This document shows, piece after piece, positions 14,438 to 29,057 of a stretch of 64,000 nt of DNA (position 1 is the first letter of the stretch; each line of letters begins with the position of its first letter). A model generated the notes under the pieces. It saw only the letters and a list, made by a program, of their open reading frames with translations, searched no databases and was not told where the DNA came from. This DNA comes from Geosiphon pyriformis uo1. Its lineage: Eukaryota > Fungi > Glomeromycota. A program made the position numbers and the translations under genes. The stretch covers positions 124,001 to 188,000 of the forward strand of contig JAAOMT010000572.1 of assembly GCA_016748015.1 (NCBI GenBank), given 5' to 3'.

Positions 14438-17400
14438 AGTTTTAATAATAATAATATATTTTAATTACTAAATAAAATTAAAAAACCAAAAAATAAAACA
14501 AATATAATAATATACTTAAAAAACCAAGTTATTTATTTAAAAATAATATATTCGAAAATTTTTTTCAATTTAGTTTTTTAATTGTTTTTAAAAATAATAA
14601 TTTTTATCTAATTTAAAAATTAATTAGTAAATTAAAACAGTATTTAATATATATTGTTACTCATAAAAATAGAGACCATAATAAGTAAAAAATAACTAAT
14701 AAGAAAAAAGCATAGCAAAAAAAAGAATTCCTTTCAAAAAAATTAAAAAATTTCAAAAAATTTTGTATAACACAAATTATATATATATAGTAAAAGTATT
14801 AGAAGCAAAAAAAAACAGAACAATTAGTAAAAACAATAGTCAAAGATAAATAATTATTTAATACTTTTTTTTTTAAAAGATAGTTTTTTATAACTTAAAA
14901 TGAAATCATACTTATATTAATAAAAATATTTATTATTATTTAATTCATATTATTAATGCTTGATTAAACAGTATTAATTATTTTTGTACTATCAATAATT
15001 TATGTTGATAGAATTTAATACTTAATTATACTAGACTAATAACTTTTAATTATAACTATTAACAGAATATTAATTTATTTATTTTTTTCTTATTTTCATT
15101 ATTTTTTTTTGTTTTTTTGTTAATTAATAATTAATTAAAAGATTAAACACTAAATAATTAAATCAAGGATAGTTTGATAAAAGATTTGTAAAACAAAAAT
15201 AGAAAAACTTAAAAATAGCTTATCAAAAAAACATGATTGTTAAAATAAACTGGTTATTATGCTAAAGATAGAAATTAAGAAAAAACTATTAATTAAATCT
15301 CTGTTTATTATACAAAAATCTCAACCAAAATTTTCAAACTTCAAACCTTTAAAAATTATCTTTATAATTAGCTATTAAGTATCAAGTTATAAATTTGTTA
15401 TTTGTTTCAACATTCCAAATAAGCACTTGTAATATTTAGTGTTTTTTGTAAGATATAATCCAACAGAAAACTAGCACTAACATCAACTATTCAGAAAAGT
15501 GGCAAACCAAAAAATCATAGGAAAAAGTTATTTAAGATTTGCAAAATCTTTATTTTAATATTACCAAATTTATCTTGAACTAACAAATAATCATTAATCA
15601 GCAGAATTAATCTTTAACTTTTATGTAAACAAAAAAATCATACACTATTTAAAAAACCAAAGAAATTCAAAAGCTAACATCAGAAATTTCTACACCAAAC
15701 TACTATAATACACCAGTTTTTCACAAAATCATAATTTTACTTCAATAATTACAAAGATAAATTATAAGATAAAAACTTACACCAAACAGAAATTTTTTAT
15801 TACTTTTATTAACAAAGGAAAAGAGAAACTACAAAATTCAGCAAGAATCTTAAAAAAAATATAACCACCTATTTGAAAAAAATCAAAAATTGTTTTACTT
15901 ATTAATCTATTATATCATTATATGCTTAAAAGTACTATTTAGATAATATTAAGAGCTGTACTTACATCAAAAACACTATTATCACGAGTATTATTTTAAA
16001 ATAACCAGAAAAAAACCAAATTATTAGAAACCTATAGTAATTTCTTTGAAAAATTCAAATCATAATTAACAATATTATCAGAACTTTAATTACTATTATC
16101 TTAACCAAATTTTGAATTTACCAGTAATTGGGCAAAAACAAACTTAGAAAAAAAAAAACAGTAATTAGGAAAATAATAATAAAAACCCAATTTTAAATAA
16201 TCCAAAAATCCAAACTCCAAGTATTCAAACTTAGCAAAATTTGAACAATTCAAATTTAATTCCAATTTTTCCACAAAACTTATCTCTAGTTATCCAAACT
16301 AATTTTTTAGTTGTACTAATAACCATTTATTAACAACTACAATAACAATTATTATTTGTACTAATAGCATATGTATCAATTATCAAACTTAAAAAATTTA
16401 CTAGCAAAGAAAATAACACTTAAATATAATTAAACAATATAGCAAAAGCCATTACAATCAATAAATAGGGTAACACCAAAGTCTTTTAAGCAATTTTTTA
16501 CTTTTTACAAGATACTGCTAACTTATAGTATTAGAGCTTAGTCAACAAATCATAAATCTTTAATGTGTTCAAATTCATGTTTCTAAAATACTTTAGCAAT
16601 TATAATAACATTAATTAATTATTAACTAGATTTACCACTATTAAACAAAGTAATACTAAAACAATTATTATATATTTGAAACATTTTTATTAAAATCCAC
16701 ACCAAATCTAAGCAATTAAAGCTGATTACTTTATAGCATTACAGATTTTGAATTAATTTATTCATAAATTATATAGTAATTTATTACAACAAGTATGTTT
16801 ATTGTACTCAAACATATTTTAAAATACAGTTATTTATACCAGAAATTTTGAATTAACCAAGCTTAAAGCTAATTATGTCCAAGTCATAAATTTAGTAATA
16901 AACAAATTATTTGAATTGAATATTAATTAAAGCAATTTGGCAAAATAATTAATCAAAAAATTAAGAGATACTTAATTAGCAATTAGGCAATTTATCAGTT
17001 TTTACAATATTGTAATAATTAAAAAAACTCTAATTACTTTTATAATTAATTGTATCTATTATTATTATCAGCTAATTAGTTATAACAGCAAAAAATGCAT
17101 AATTATTACTAATCTAATAAATAAGACCATCTGAAAGCAAATTGTCATACTAGATTTAATAATTTATAATTAGGAAACTAATATAAAAACTCTAATTGCA
17201 GATTTCAAACTTTAAGCTATATTAACAACTCAACTGAACAATATTAATATTAGTTTTATTATATTCTAATAATGCAACAACCAATATACTTATCTTCAAT
17301 CTATCAGATTTTAGTACCAGTAATTTATTAAGCATCATAGTTATAAATTATTTATTAATCCTAACAAATTCAAGCACTATCCCAAAATCTAACTCCAATA

Positions 17401-20221
17401 TCAACTAAAAGTTAAAGACCAAGAATCATTTATACACAACAGAACTAAAAATTGGCAATGGTTATATACTAACTAATATTCAGCTTATTAAACCAATCAT
17501 CAAAATTTTACACCCAAAATTTAGAAAATAAATATGCCTAAAACTTAAATTTTCAGAACTACTTAAGTTTTCTAGTAATTCCAAAAATTACAACATTTAA
17601 CTTATTAAAAACAAACCAAAATCTACTTATTAACAACATTTTATTTGTTATCATTATAAAAGATAGGTTGTTTACTGTCATCTTTTCTTTTGATTAAAAA
17701 AATTAGCAATAAAATTTCTATTTAGTAAAGCTGTTTTTAACACTAAACCAATTATTATAATATATATTAATATTAAAATTAATGACCAATTTATTAAACT
17801 AATTCTTGATAATGATTTAGCAGTCAATATTATTATCTAACAACTTATAGACCAATTAAGTTACTGAGTTGATTAAGCTGTCAGTACCAGAATTATTACT
17901 GCTGATAGAGTAATAAAGACTTTAATTGGTAATATTAATAACTTTTTCTTTAAAATTAACAGTATTATTATGCCAATTAAAGTTCTTATTATAAAAGTCA
18001 CACAGTATTAAGCTTTTATTAATAATAACTGGCTGTTCAAAACCAATACCATACTTAACTAAAACACTTAAAAACTTTAACTAATATTTGATGGTCAACA
18101 TATTTGAGTATCTGTTATCTGCAGTTATTTTAAAGCTTCTTTAAAAAAGCAATCATTAATCAAGTTAGAAAAAAAATCTATCTGGAAAGTCTATCAAGTT
18201 TTATAGACTAAAAATAAATACAACAAACTATTACCAATACTTTTTTAGAAAAAAAAAAGAAAAAAACAACTTTTAAGCCACTATTACTACTGAAAAAACA
18301 GCCAATAGTTGGCATATATTATACACAACTTCAAAACCAAAGAAACAACTACTCTATATTTTATTTAAATACAAAAACTACAAAAAAAAGCTTTTATCAA
18401 TGGAAACTTAGATCTTATTAGAAAAAAATCATGAGATGTATATTGCTACTATTGCAAAGTATACTATTGAGAAAACTTTGGCTATTCAAAATAACAAGAA
18501 AAATAAGACAACAAACTATGTTTTGTTTGTGAAAAAATGCTACTTAATAAAGAAATATAGAATAACATTCTTGGTCATAGAAAAATATATAATATATTAT
18601 GCCAATACACGATTTTTATAAGCAATTAAGTAAACAGAAAAACATTTTTTAATGTTATATGAAACCAAACACTCTCATGTTTGGACAGTTATCTACACAA
18701 TAAAAACAAAATTTGAAGAATAACAAGTGCCAAAGTTGAAAGCACTTTATTCAATAAAATACTTATAATTAAAACCAACTCACTAGAACTTATCAAAACT
18801 ATTTTCATTTCAAACCAAAACATTTTTGTTAATATTTTAAGCAATTTAAAACAATTTTACAAATACTACCAAAATCTAGCACTTACTTGAAAAGAACAAT
18901 AACAGTATTTAAAACAATTAAATATTAGACTCTGTTAATTTTTAGTGACTTCAAATATTGTAATAATTGTAACTTCATTTACAATCTATTATCATGTATA
19001 ATCTATTTAATTTCTAAAAAGAAACAACCAATTAACAATTGTACTTTGAAATTAGAATCAAAATTTGATTTGATTTAGGCTCCAATGATGACAACAACAA
19101 TATTTGTAATATTGTTCAAATAATAACTACAATAATAATAATTTGAACTTTAATTATAACTCTGAACAATATATTGTGCTTTCAGATTTTTTAAGAAGCA
19201 AGAACTTAAATAATTTAGCAATAATAATAAAGATATTATGTCAAAATACATGTATAATATTAATACAAGATTTGATTTTAAATATTTAAGAAAAACTGCC
19301 ATTTAATTAGAATTTCATTTGTATATAAGCATAAATTTAAAATTAATACTAAAAATTTTAACAACAACAATAATACAATTAGCATCTAAATTTAGTTTAG
19401 TAAAAAAAATTAATATTAGAAAAAAAATAATTAATATAAGATATATAAAAAATATTATTATAATACTATAAAATAAATTAAAAAAAGCATATATTATTGA
19501 ACCAAATAAAAAGATAGTACAAACAATATTTTTATTTCTAGTAAAAATAGCTTAGTTAATATTAGTAAAAACAAGAAAAGAATTAGAAATTACAACAAAA
19601 GAAATAAAGAAATTCAGTTCTACAAATAAAATAGAAATATTAATTAATATAATAGAAAAAAAACAATTAATTAAAAAAAATTATTTCCATTTATCAATTA
19701 ATTTCTATTCTACTATATGACTAGTATATATTAGCTATAAAAAAGAAAGCAAAAAATTAGTTCCAGATTTTTGAAGTTGAATTTACTATTTGTAAATTAA
19801 GAAAAATTACTATTACTAATTTATATATACTAGCCAAAAACTACAGACACATTAAGATTCCAATATACAATATAACCAAAAACTCAATAAAAATACCAAA
19901 CAGAACTACCATTGAATATTTAAGCACTAAAGTTAAAAATTAAGCACCAATTACCATTTCAGACTTTTTACAATTGTGTAAATATGTGGATATTATATTA
20001 TAAATAATTTACAGACAAAAAAAATATTATTACTACAATCAAAACAATTAAAACAAATAAACTTAAAAAACTTAGATCTACTTCAACATATACAATTCAA
20101 GCTGCTACTTAACAATTTTATTAACATCTTTATAAGTAAAAATGAATTTGGTAGAACTAATATTATTTAATATTAGATTAAAACTAAAAATATAATACTA
20201 ATTAAACAGAGAGCATACCAA

Positions 20222-21181
20222 TATTACCAGTAAAAATTTAGTTGTTAATTAACATAAAATTATCTTATAATTTCTATTATTAATTAGCATATATTATTAT
20301 TATTCAAATTATTACTTATTATTTAAATAAAAATTTTTAAAAATTGCTATTTAATTAATAATTTAATTTATATAATAGAAATTAAGATAATTAAAATTAC
20401 ACAATACATCAAACCATGTAATATTCAAAAATTTGCTAAAATAATGAATAAATTCATTAAAATAATTAATAATTCAACAAAATAATTTGTAGTTTATTAA
20501 AATATATTTTTAATTCATTAAAATTATAACAAAGAGAAAAATTTCAAGTTCACAGACTAGTATTATAGCAAATTATATAAAAAAAGAACTTCTATTTTCA
20601 AAAAAATGTATTTTACCAAAAATTTTCTTAGTTAGAATCAATTATCTTTTACATATCTTTGCAAAAAAAATGAATAAAAATTAAATATTTTAAAAAACCC
20701 AAATTTCTAAAATTATTTATACTTGAAATTCACTAAAACTCAACTAATATTTTGAAATTAATTAGCTACTAATTTTAGTAAATTATTAGCTCTTTTAGGT
20801 CCGAACCAAAAATAATTCTTTCAACAAAATTCTATTTTTTTTACATTTTTTTTATTTTTTTATTATTATATTTATTGAAATAGTCTACAAACAAAATTTT
20901 TGTAAAAGGATTAACTTTTACAACAAAATAACTACACATTTTTAATAAGCTTTCAGATAAGTAATTTCTAAGAAAAAGTTAACATTTAATACAACATAAC
21001 TATACAAAATAACTGGCACAGAATTGGTTATTTTACTTATAAGTATAGTAGTTTAAATTATAAAAAATAATTTGAAGATAAATTTAGTTATTAGAGATTC
21101 AACTATTTCTAAAAAACGTGAATTTACAGCAAATAAACATTAATAATCTTCAAAAAAGAAGACCAAAAATCTCCAATAATA
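20222..21181. mobile_element. Solo LTR-like element, family B, copy 3 (inserted at RT start of element A)
   Basis: Homologous to 6196-7190. Flanks ccaa/ttga both derive from CCGA by transitions. The host frame KQRAY|RIL resumes after it. Confidence 0.85.
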
Positions 21182-22572
21182 TTGAATACTATTTACCAGT
21201 TATAAAATCATTTGTTAAAAAATCAATCATATGTTAAACAATAAGTTAATTTAACTATTAATAAGTTTATAATTATTATTAATAGTACTTATCTAAAAAA
21301 ATAGAAATCTCTATTTTTGTGTAGATTATAGAAAATTTAACAGTATTATTTATAAAAACAGTTATCCTATTCTATAAATCCAAAAACTATTTGATGTTTT
21401 TAGAGAAGAAATAGTTTTTAATATTGCACTTAGATAATAATTACTAACAAGTAGCCATAAATTTAGCCAATAAGAAGAAAACAGCATTTATTACAAAAAA
21501 AAAACTTTGAATTTAATGTTATGACTTTGACTTAACCAATGCTTCAGCCACTTTTCAATGACTAATAGAAATTGTTTATACCAGATTGTTATAAAAATTA
21601 ATAGTAATTTACTTGGATAACACCAATGTATTTTTCAAGACATTTAACAACCACTTTTATTATCTTCAGCAAGTGTTTAAAAAATTAAAAAAAGCAAGAC
21701 TAAAATTAAATACCACTAAGTGTTTCTTTGAAAAAATTAAACTCAAGTTTTTGAAACACATTATAAACAAAAACAGCATCAAAACAGATTTAAACAAAAT
21801 CGAAATAGTTAAAAACTTTCTGGTATTAATAAACTTAACAAAACTAAGAACATTTTTAAGATTTGTTAAATACTATTACTGTTTTATTCAAAACTTTTCC
21901 AAACTGGCTCAACTATTCTACTAGTTCCAAACAAAAAACATTAAATATAAATAAACTAAAAATTAACAAAAATTTTTTGACATATTAAAAAAAAAGCTTA
22001 TTTAAGCTCTAATATTGATCTATTCAGATTACAGCAAACTATTTATTATTACTACAGATGTATTTGAACAAGTATTGAAAGCTGTATTATTACAAAAAAA
22101 AGCTAATAAATAAGAATATCTAATGACATATGTTAGCCAAAGTTTGAGTCCAGCTAAAAAGAATTATGAAATCTTAGCACTAGAATATTTGGCTATATAT
22201 TAGGCTGTTATTAAATAAAAAAAATATTTAAGTCAAAAATTTAATGTGTATATTAATTACAAAAGATTAACATCAATCCAGAAGCAAAAATTTGAAAATA
22301 ATTGTCATATAAAATAGAAAATAAAACTATTACTATTTAATTATACTGTATATTATAAAAAAAAGAAAAAAAAAAGAAAATATTAATAATTTGTTATAAA
22401 TAAGACAAAATTAAAAAAAATTTAAAATTTAAAAAAACTTCTTTCTCTTCTTTGTCCAAAATTCCCAAAAAAGAGTCAAGAGTTTTTTCGAAAGAAGTTT
22501 TTTACCATTTAATATGATAAATCAAAACTGTTCTTTGATTATAAGACCACTGTTGGCCCTGTTATTGCTGTT

Positions 22573-24372
22573 ATGAAGAAGACTATTAAAGTTTCTGGTT
22601 CTAAGTGTGGTTTCAAGACGGTTGTGTCAAGGAAGAAAAGGAAGGGAGATGTATTGGCAGAGGGTATTGATAATAGAGGGGTTGCTGCTGAAGCTTCTAG
22701 TGCTTGTTCATGGGGTTTTGAGACAGGTGACACTACTGAATCTGAGAGTATTAACATGAAGGAGGAGTGCTTGGTTAAAGAAACCAGTGTTGACTATGGT
22801 GAGAGTGGTGCTTTCGCAGAAAAGAATCCTAATTAGATGCCAAAGGGTTTGCGTATAAAGACCAAAAAGGTGTTAGAGAAGCCTCTGGGTGTGATTGATT
22901 ATGGTACTGTCAATACAAACGATGACATGTTAGACAATTTCTTTCTTCTCTTGCCCCTTCTACCTATCAAACCAACTGTTCAAGTGCCTGTTCGCAAATT
23001 CTTTGTTTTAGATATTGATCTTGTGGCCATCGCTGGGAAGTCCTCTCAAGAAAAATTGAGTTTTATCAGGAAAATCTTTTCAAGTGTAAATGGTTTTGGG
23101 GGGGCTTCTACTCCCTCAAAATTTGCTGGAATTATTTGTGCCACTTTCACTTCGGAAAAGACAATGATGACTGCTAGAAAGTTGGCAAATGATTATGGTG
23201 TTGTAGTAAACACTAATCTCAAGTGCTCTATAAACAATTGTACAAATCAGGCAATTGTGATGAAAAAAATTCTTGTGAGAACTTCTGTGGAGGCTGTATA
23301 CACTGCTGTGTCTGAGTTTGGATTGATTAAGTCAATCAAAATGCAGCTGGTGGGTCTGTGGCAAAAAGCAATTGTCGAATTAGAAGATCAGAATCAGGCT
23401 GATCTCTTGGCATCCAAATGGTCTATTCTCATTGGAAAGGATACAGTATGTGTGACCAAAGCCAATGTTAACAAACAAATATGGGATTCCAGGGATAAAT
23501 TTAGGGTGCTGCTATACACTCTTCCTGTTGAAACAAATGCTTATAACCTTTGGGATTTCGTTGGTTTGGTTGGTGAGAAAACATGTGTTATTAATCGTAA
23601 TCCTGTTAGCTACGCCTGTGCTTGCTGTGCTACTTTTTGCTTTGGGTCTGAATCTAATCTGGTTAGTGCAATGGCTGCAACTTCAGTTATAAAAGGGATT
23701 GGTCTCTGCTGGTCTCACCTCTCTTTGGCATTGTGCTTGGTCTGTGGTCTTTCTGGTCATACATCTCTTAATTGTGTTTCAGTTAAAGTTGGTTCAACCT
23801 TAAGGGGCAGAAAGACACCTCTTTCTGCTCAGGATCAGATCAGATTGGCAAATATCTATGCTCAGAAGTTCATGCCCATTTCTTGTCCATTGGCCTTTAG
23901 TAGTAAAACTTGGGCATCAGTGGTTGGTGCTCCTCCAGTGCATAGTTTTTATGGTGCTGGTTTGATTCTTAGTTCTAACAAAGTTGGTAAACCTCTCCTT
24001 TCTGTTGCGAGTGATTTGGAAAAGCGTTTGGTAAATATTGAAAGCAGTTTTATCAGCCTCACGGAACAAATTGGTGAGTTGGCTAAGAGATTAGATTCAT
24101 TCGTACTGGCAGTTCTCCAGCCTAGTTCTAGATGTCAGCTGCTGGTGACCCCCCTGTCACAGAATCAAGAGGAGAATATAGTGATGGGAGTGAGTTTGAG
24201 TGATGTTACTGGTGACAAGACTGCTGCTGTTCTGGATTCAACTGCCTCACCTGAGGTTGTGAAATTGGAAAACATGTTGGAAGGTCTTTCTGCTTTGGTC
24301 ATGAGCCTATCAGTGCACTTGAATGGTTTGGCTTTGGCAGGTGGTACTCCTTCTCTATCTCTTCCTCAATAA
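22573..24372 (+). pseudogene. LINE ORF1 (RRM-like region, CCHC zinc knuckle, coiled coil)
   Basis: ORFs 22573-22836 and 22837-24372 are in one frame, separated by a single TAG. Knuckle CLVCGLSGHTSLNC at 23734-23775; heptad-like LEKRLVNIESSFISLTEQIGELAKRL. Confidence 0.85.
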
Positions 24373-27300
24373 GTGGTCTGGTATAGAAAATTGCTATGTG
24401 TAATGTTCGTGGGTTGAACAATCTTGTGAAGCAAGATGATGTCATCTGTTGGCACAAGGATATAAACAATTTGGTTTCTATTTTTACAGAGTCAAAGCTT
24501 AAAGAGAAAGTTCGCCCATGGTTGGCCGACAAATTTGATGGTGTTCGGGTTTTTACTTTTGGTCTGGATTCTGGTTTTTTGGGCGCTAGAGTGTTAATTG
24601 TTGTGAATTCTTCTTTAGTGAAACACATTTACAAAGTCTCTGAAGTGTCTGGTCAGCTTCTATCCATCAAGTTGCTTTTCAAAAATAAACTTTCAGTGTC
24701 TATTTTGGGGCTTTATGCTGGTGCTTCATCAGTGGTTTGGTTTTTTCAGGCTGGTGAGATCAACTCTCTCATTGCTAAAGCTGTTAATAAGTCTTCTTTT
24801 GTTGTTCTTGGTGGTAATTTTAATGAGAATGGTTCACACAAATGTGCCAGTTTCAAAAAATGTTTTGATTTGGGTTTGATTAACTCTCTGGAGGGGAGCT
24901 CTTTTGTGAAGTTACCTACTTGGTGCAATTCTTATGGTATCACTAAGACACTTGACTATGTGTTCGTTTCTTTTAATTTGGTTGGTATGGTGGTAGATCA
25001 TGGTGTAGATGGTGTTGAGGACTATTTTGATATTGATCACAAAGCTGTTTATGTTTCTGTGGGACTGGGTGGCCTGCTAGATATCTAATTGAACTTACTG
25101 CACAAACAAGCAAATAAAGATTGTTGGAAGTATGATATCAAAAATGCCAGTAAGATTAAGTAGTCAGAATTCAGAAATGCTATGGCTGCTAATGTTGTTA
25201 TGTTCTCAGATGAGTTTGTTGCAACTAAGCAGTTTTCTGATCTGAATGTGATATAGAACATTGTTTATAAGGTTATGGTTCTTTTGGCTGGTGGAATGTT
25301 CAAGAAAAAATGGTTTAAGGGTTTTGATTGTGTTTTTAATAAGGTATCTTCCTGGTTTCATAAATTGGAACTACTTTGTGTCTAAACTGGTAAAGACTTC
25401 TCGATTGGTTTCTGGTGGAGATTTTGCCTTGTTGTTGAATACTTGGAACAGGCTTGATTCTGTGAGCACTTCGCTAGTGAAATCTATGTTTCTTTCTGGC
25501 GCTGGTTTTGATGCAATCCGTTCTGGGCTGGCTAAGGTGAGAAAGTCTTACCACTCTTTTAAGTTATTGGAATCTAAGCGTGCTGAAGAATTTCATATAA
25601 GGCAGGCTATTGAGAGGAGAATAAAGAGTTTTGAAGTGGATAAGGGTCACACCATTAGAAGTGTTTTGGAGCATCTTTTTCATAAAGTGGTGTTGGATCA
25701 TTTGGTAGATGGAGGGGAGTTGGTCTTGGAGCCTGAGTTGGTCAAATCTAAGGTAGATGGAATCATGGAGGGTTGGACTAGGAAACGTGTAGTGGCTTCT
25801 AATATCTCTGGTAATTGGGCAAGGCAATTTCGGCCTTTGGATCATGTCTTCGATGGTGCCTTCTCTGATGTAATGCATTCAATCAGTTTTGATGAGATGT
25901 TTGGTGTTATTTCAAATTTGCCTGATGAGAAAGCGGTTGGTCTTTCTGGTATCACTAATAAACTTTGGAAACACTGTAACAAGTTGGTCTTGGATATGCT
26001 TTTGGTGCTTTTAATTTTTGTTTGGGTTGTGAGTCAGTGCCTGGATCTTGGAGGGAAGCTTGGGTCTCAATGATTTTTAAATCTTATGAGTGGGAGGGAG
26101 TTTTTACTAATACCCACTCTATTGCTTTGATTAAGACAGCTCACAAGGTCCTTTCTAAGATTCTTTCAGATCAGATATCTCTGGCTTGTAGCACTTTTGA
26201 TGTCCTCCATGGAGACAATTTCTCTGTCCTGAAAGGTATGTCTACTCATTCGCCTATCTTCGCTATTAGTTTAGTAATCAAAGATGCTTTGGAAAAAAAC
26301 CAAGAGTTGTGGGTGATTTTACAGAATATGTGCAAAGCTTATGATTCTGTTGGTTGGGAGCATCTCAAGAAGAGTTTGGTTAGGATTAAAATGTGTGACA
26401 AGTTTATCAGATTTTTTGGTAGCATTCATAATGGTTGCACTAACAGAATGATAACAGATTTTGGTTTGACTGATAGATATTGGGTTCACAATGAATTGGA
26501 TTAGGGAGAAGTTTTTTTGCCACTTCTCTAGTGCATATTTTATGATTCACTTTTGTGTGAGGTTAAAAGACAGAAGAGTGTTTGTGGTTACAGGTTGATT
26601 TCTTATTTTGTTTCTAAGATTGGCTGGGTAGAATTTCAAGCTGAGCTGACATCATTTCTGGCCACTGGTGCTTTTGTTGATGATACTATCTGGGTTGGTA
26701 GCAGCCAGACTGCTACACAACACATCCTCAATGTTGCTAGTGATTTCTTTTGTCTAAATAACATTTTGATAAACAATAACAAGACTGTGGTCATTTCTAT
26801 CAACTGTCGGATTGCTGCTTCTTATTTAACTATTAGTGGTATGCCAATTTCCATCGCTAAAAGAGGTGAACCTCATTGTTATTTGGGAATTTTTTTATTT
26901 TCTAAAGGTCTTTCAAAGCCTAGTTTGGTTAAGGCACATTTGGATGTTCAGTTTTTTGTCAATCTCATCCTGAGAAAAGTTATTTCAGATAAACAGTTTG
27001 CTTATTTGGTGTCTTTAGTTTTTTTTTCTATCGTTAGTTATAGAACTCAGTTCAGTTTTATTCCTCTCAATGTGTGTAATAAGTGGGATGCTTTAATTTG
27101 CAAGGGCCTAAAGTCCAAATCTAGGCTGTCTTTGGACTTTCCCAATGATGCATTTTATCATCCTTCCTTGTACAATTTAAAAACTTTTGAGCAGATTCAG
27201 ACTGAGAGCAAGTTGGCTTCTGTTATTGCTTTTGCGAATTCAGTTGGTGTTTTGGGTTGCTTGTTTTCTCATAGATCTCACAATCTCCAGGTTCTCAGCT

Positions 27301-29057
27301 GGCATCCTCGTCACCCTTTGTTGGTTCCTGTTTGTGTTAGAGTCAGTCTTTCAAACAACTTTTTGGCAGGTGTGGTTTGTATTTTTTCTGGGTGTGATTT
27401 GTCTTTGGGTGGCTCTCTGGTCAGTGCTTTTCATCTTCAGAGTGGTACTTCTATGTCTCTAGTTCTCGGCGAGACAATCTTCTTCAAATGTGTCTCTTTC
27501 TTCAGGCATTATGGTATTGCTTTCATAGAACAGCTTTGTGACTGAAATGGTGTTGTTTTTGATTGGGCGACTTTCAAATGTTGGAAAAGACTGGACCCCT
27601 GTGGCCTGGTCTCCTCCTGATTTGATCTCTTTGTATGTTTTCTTGGGAGTGTAGTTTCTCTTTCTAGTCGATCTCCTCATGAGGGTGTTTGTGGCTTTTT
27701 TGACATCCATCAGTCTTCTGATTTTGGTGTTATTTGTAATGATCTGTTAGATGTTGGTGCCACCCGCCTTTCTGTGTACACAGATGGATCTCTGAGTAAC
27801 TTGGGCACTATGGACATGTTGGCTGGTGCTGTGGTTTTCTTTGAGAACATTAATTTGGGTCTGGGTGTGGGGGTTTCTGGTATGGTTTCTTTTACTTTGA
27901 TGGAGTTGTAGGCCATTGCTTTAGCTCTTGAGTGTGTTCCTTTTTTTTGCTTAGTCAACTTGTTCTTGGACAACTAGGTGGCTATAGATGCTTGCAGGTT
28001 GGAGTCTTTATTGGTTGGCCCTGATTTCAGGAATTGTTGTTGGATTAAGCATTGTTACATCACTAATATTATTCATCACAAAAATTTGGATGTTAATTGG
28101 ATTAAAGTTAAGAGCCATTTGGGTGTTTCAAACAATGAGCATGCTGATGCGCTGGTTAAGGATGCTGCTCTTTCTGCCTGGCAACTGCTCCACTTGGTCA
28201 GTAAGAGGTTTTTGAAGGCTGATGTTGATACATTTTCTGGTAATTCAAGGCATTTTGTTCATGACATATTCAGGTTAATCTATTGTGCACATTGGAAAAT
28301 TGGTTCTGGTTTCCAGGCTGTTCCAGGTTGTTTGTGTGCTGATATTAACTGGTTGAGGTCTTCTCTGGTGTGGCACCCAGATTTCCATCTGGTGACTGGT
28401 TTTACTAGTATTCAGATGGCTGGCTTTCATACATATTTCATGAAAGCCTTTCATCATCGCCTCCTTGTTGCTGTGTGAAAGCGTCTATATGATAGGGGTT
28501 ATCCCAATGTAGTTTGTTTGTTCTGTGATAAGATTGAAGTCTCTGACCACGGCTTTTCTTGCTCTTCTGACACTGATAGTTATGCTGGTTTGTTGAACAC
28601 TTATACAGCTGCCTGGAAGTTGCATTCTGGTCTGTCTCATTTTTTTTTGTGTGTATCACAGTTGTTGTTGACTTGCATTTCAGATATGACTGTTAGTATG
28701 GCCCTGTGTAAGGGCTTTGTTTTCGGCGATTGGTATCACAAGTCTGTTTCTGTTTACAAGAATCCTAAGGTGGCAGTGGTTAATATTGTGAATTTTGTAT
28801 GTAAGTTTTGTCTTGCATTTCGTGATAATATCTGGCTGGTTCATGTGAAACACTGGGCCATTATGGAGAAAAATAAGCTGATTCCACATGATGGTTCTAT
28901 TCCTGTCACTGTTTCTGGTTTTTCTATGTGGCTTTTGGCTGAGGTAATTAGGTTGTTGGGTGTTGCTAATGCACTTGGCATCAGCTTTGGGTATCATAAG
29001 TATTGTTTGTTTTATGCAGATGTTGGTAACATGGCTTCTGTTCATATAAGTGCATAG
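24369..29057 (+). pseudogene. LINE ORF2: AP endonuclease, reverse transcriptase, RNase H, C-terminal Cys/His motif; disrupted
   Basis: APE motifs CNVRG, LGGNFN, TLDY, DIDH. RT motifs KAYDSVGW and AFVDD. RNase H motifs VYTDGS and KVKSHLGVSNNEHADAL. C-terminal CLFC...H...C. Multiple transition-derived stops and a few frameshifts. Confidence 0.92.
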
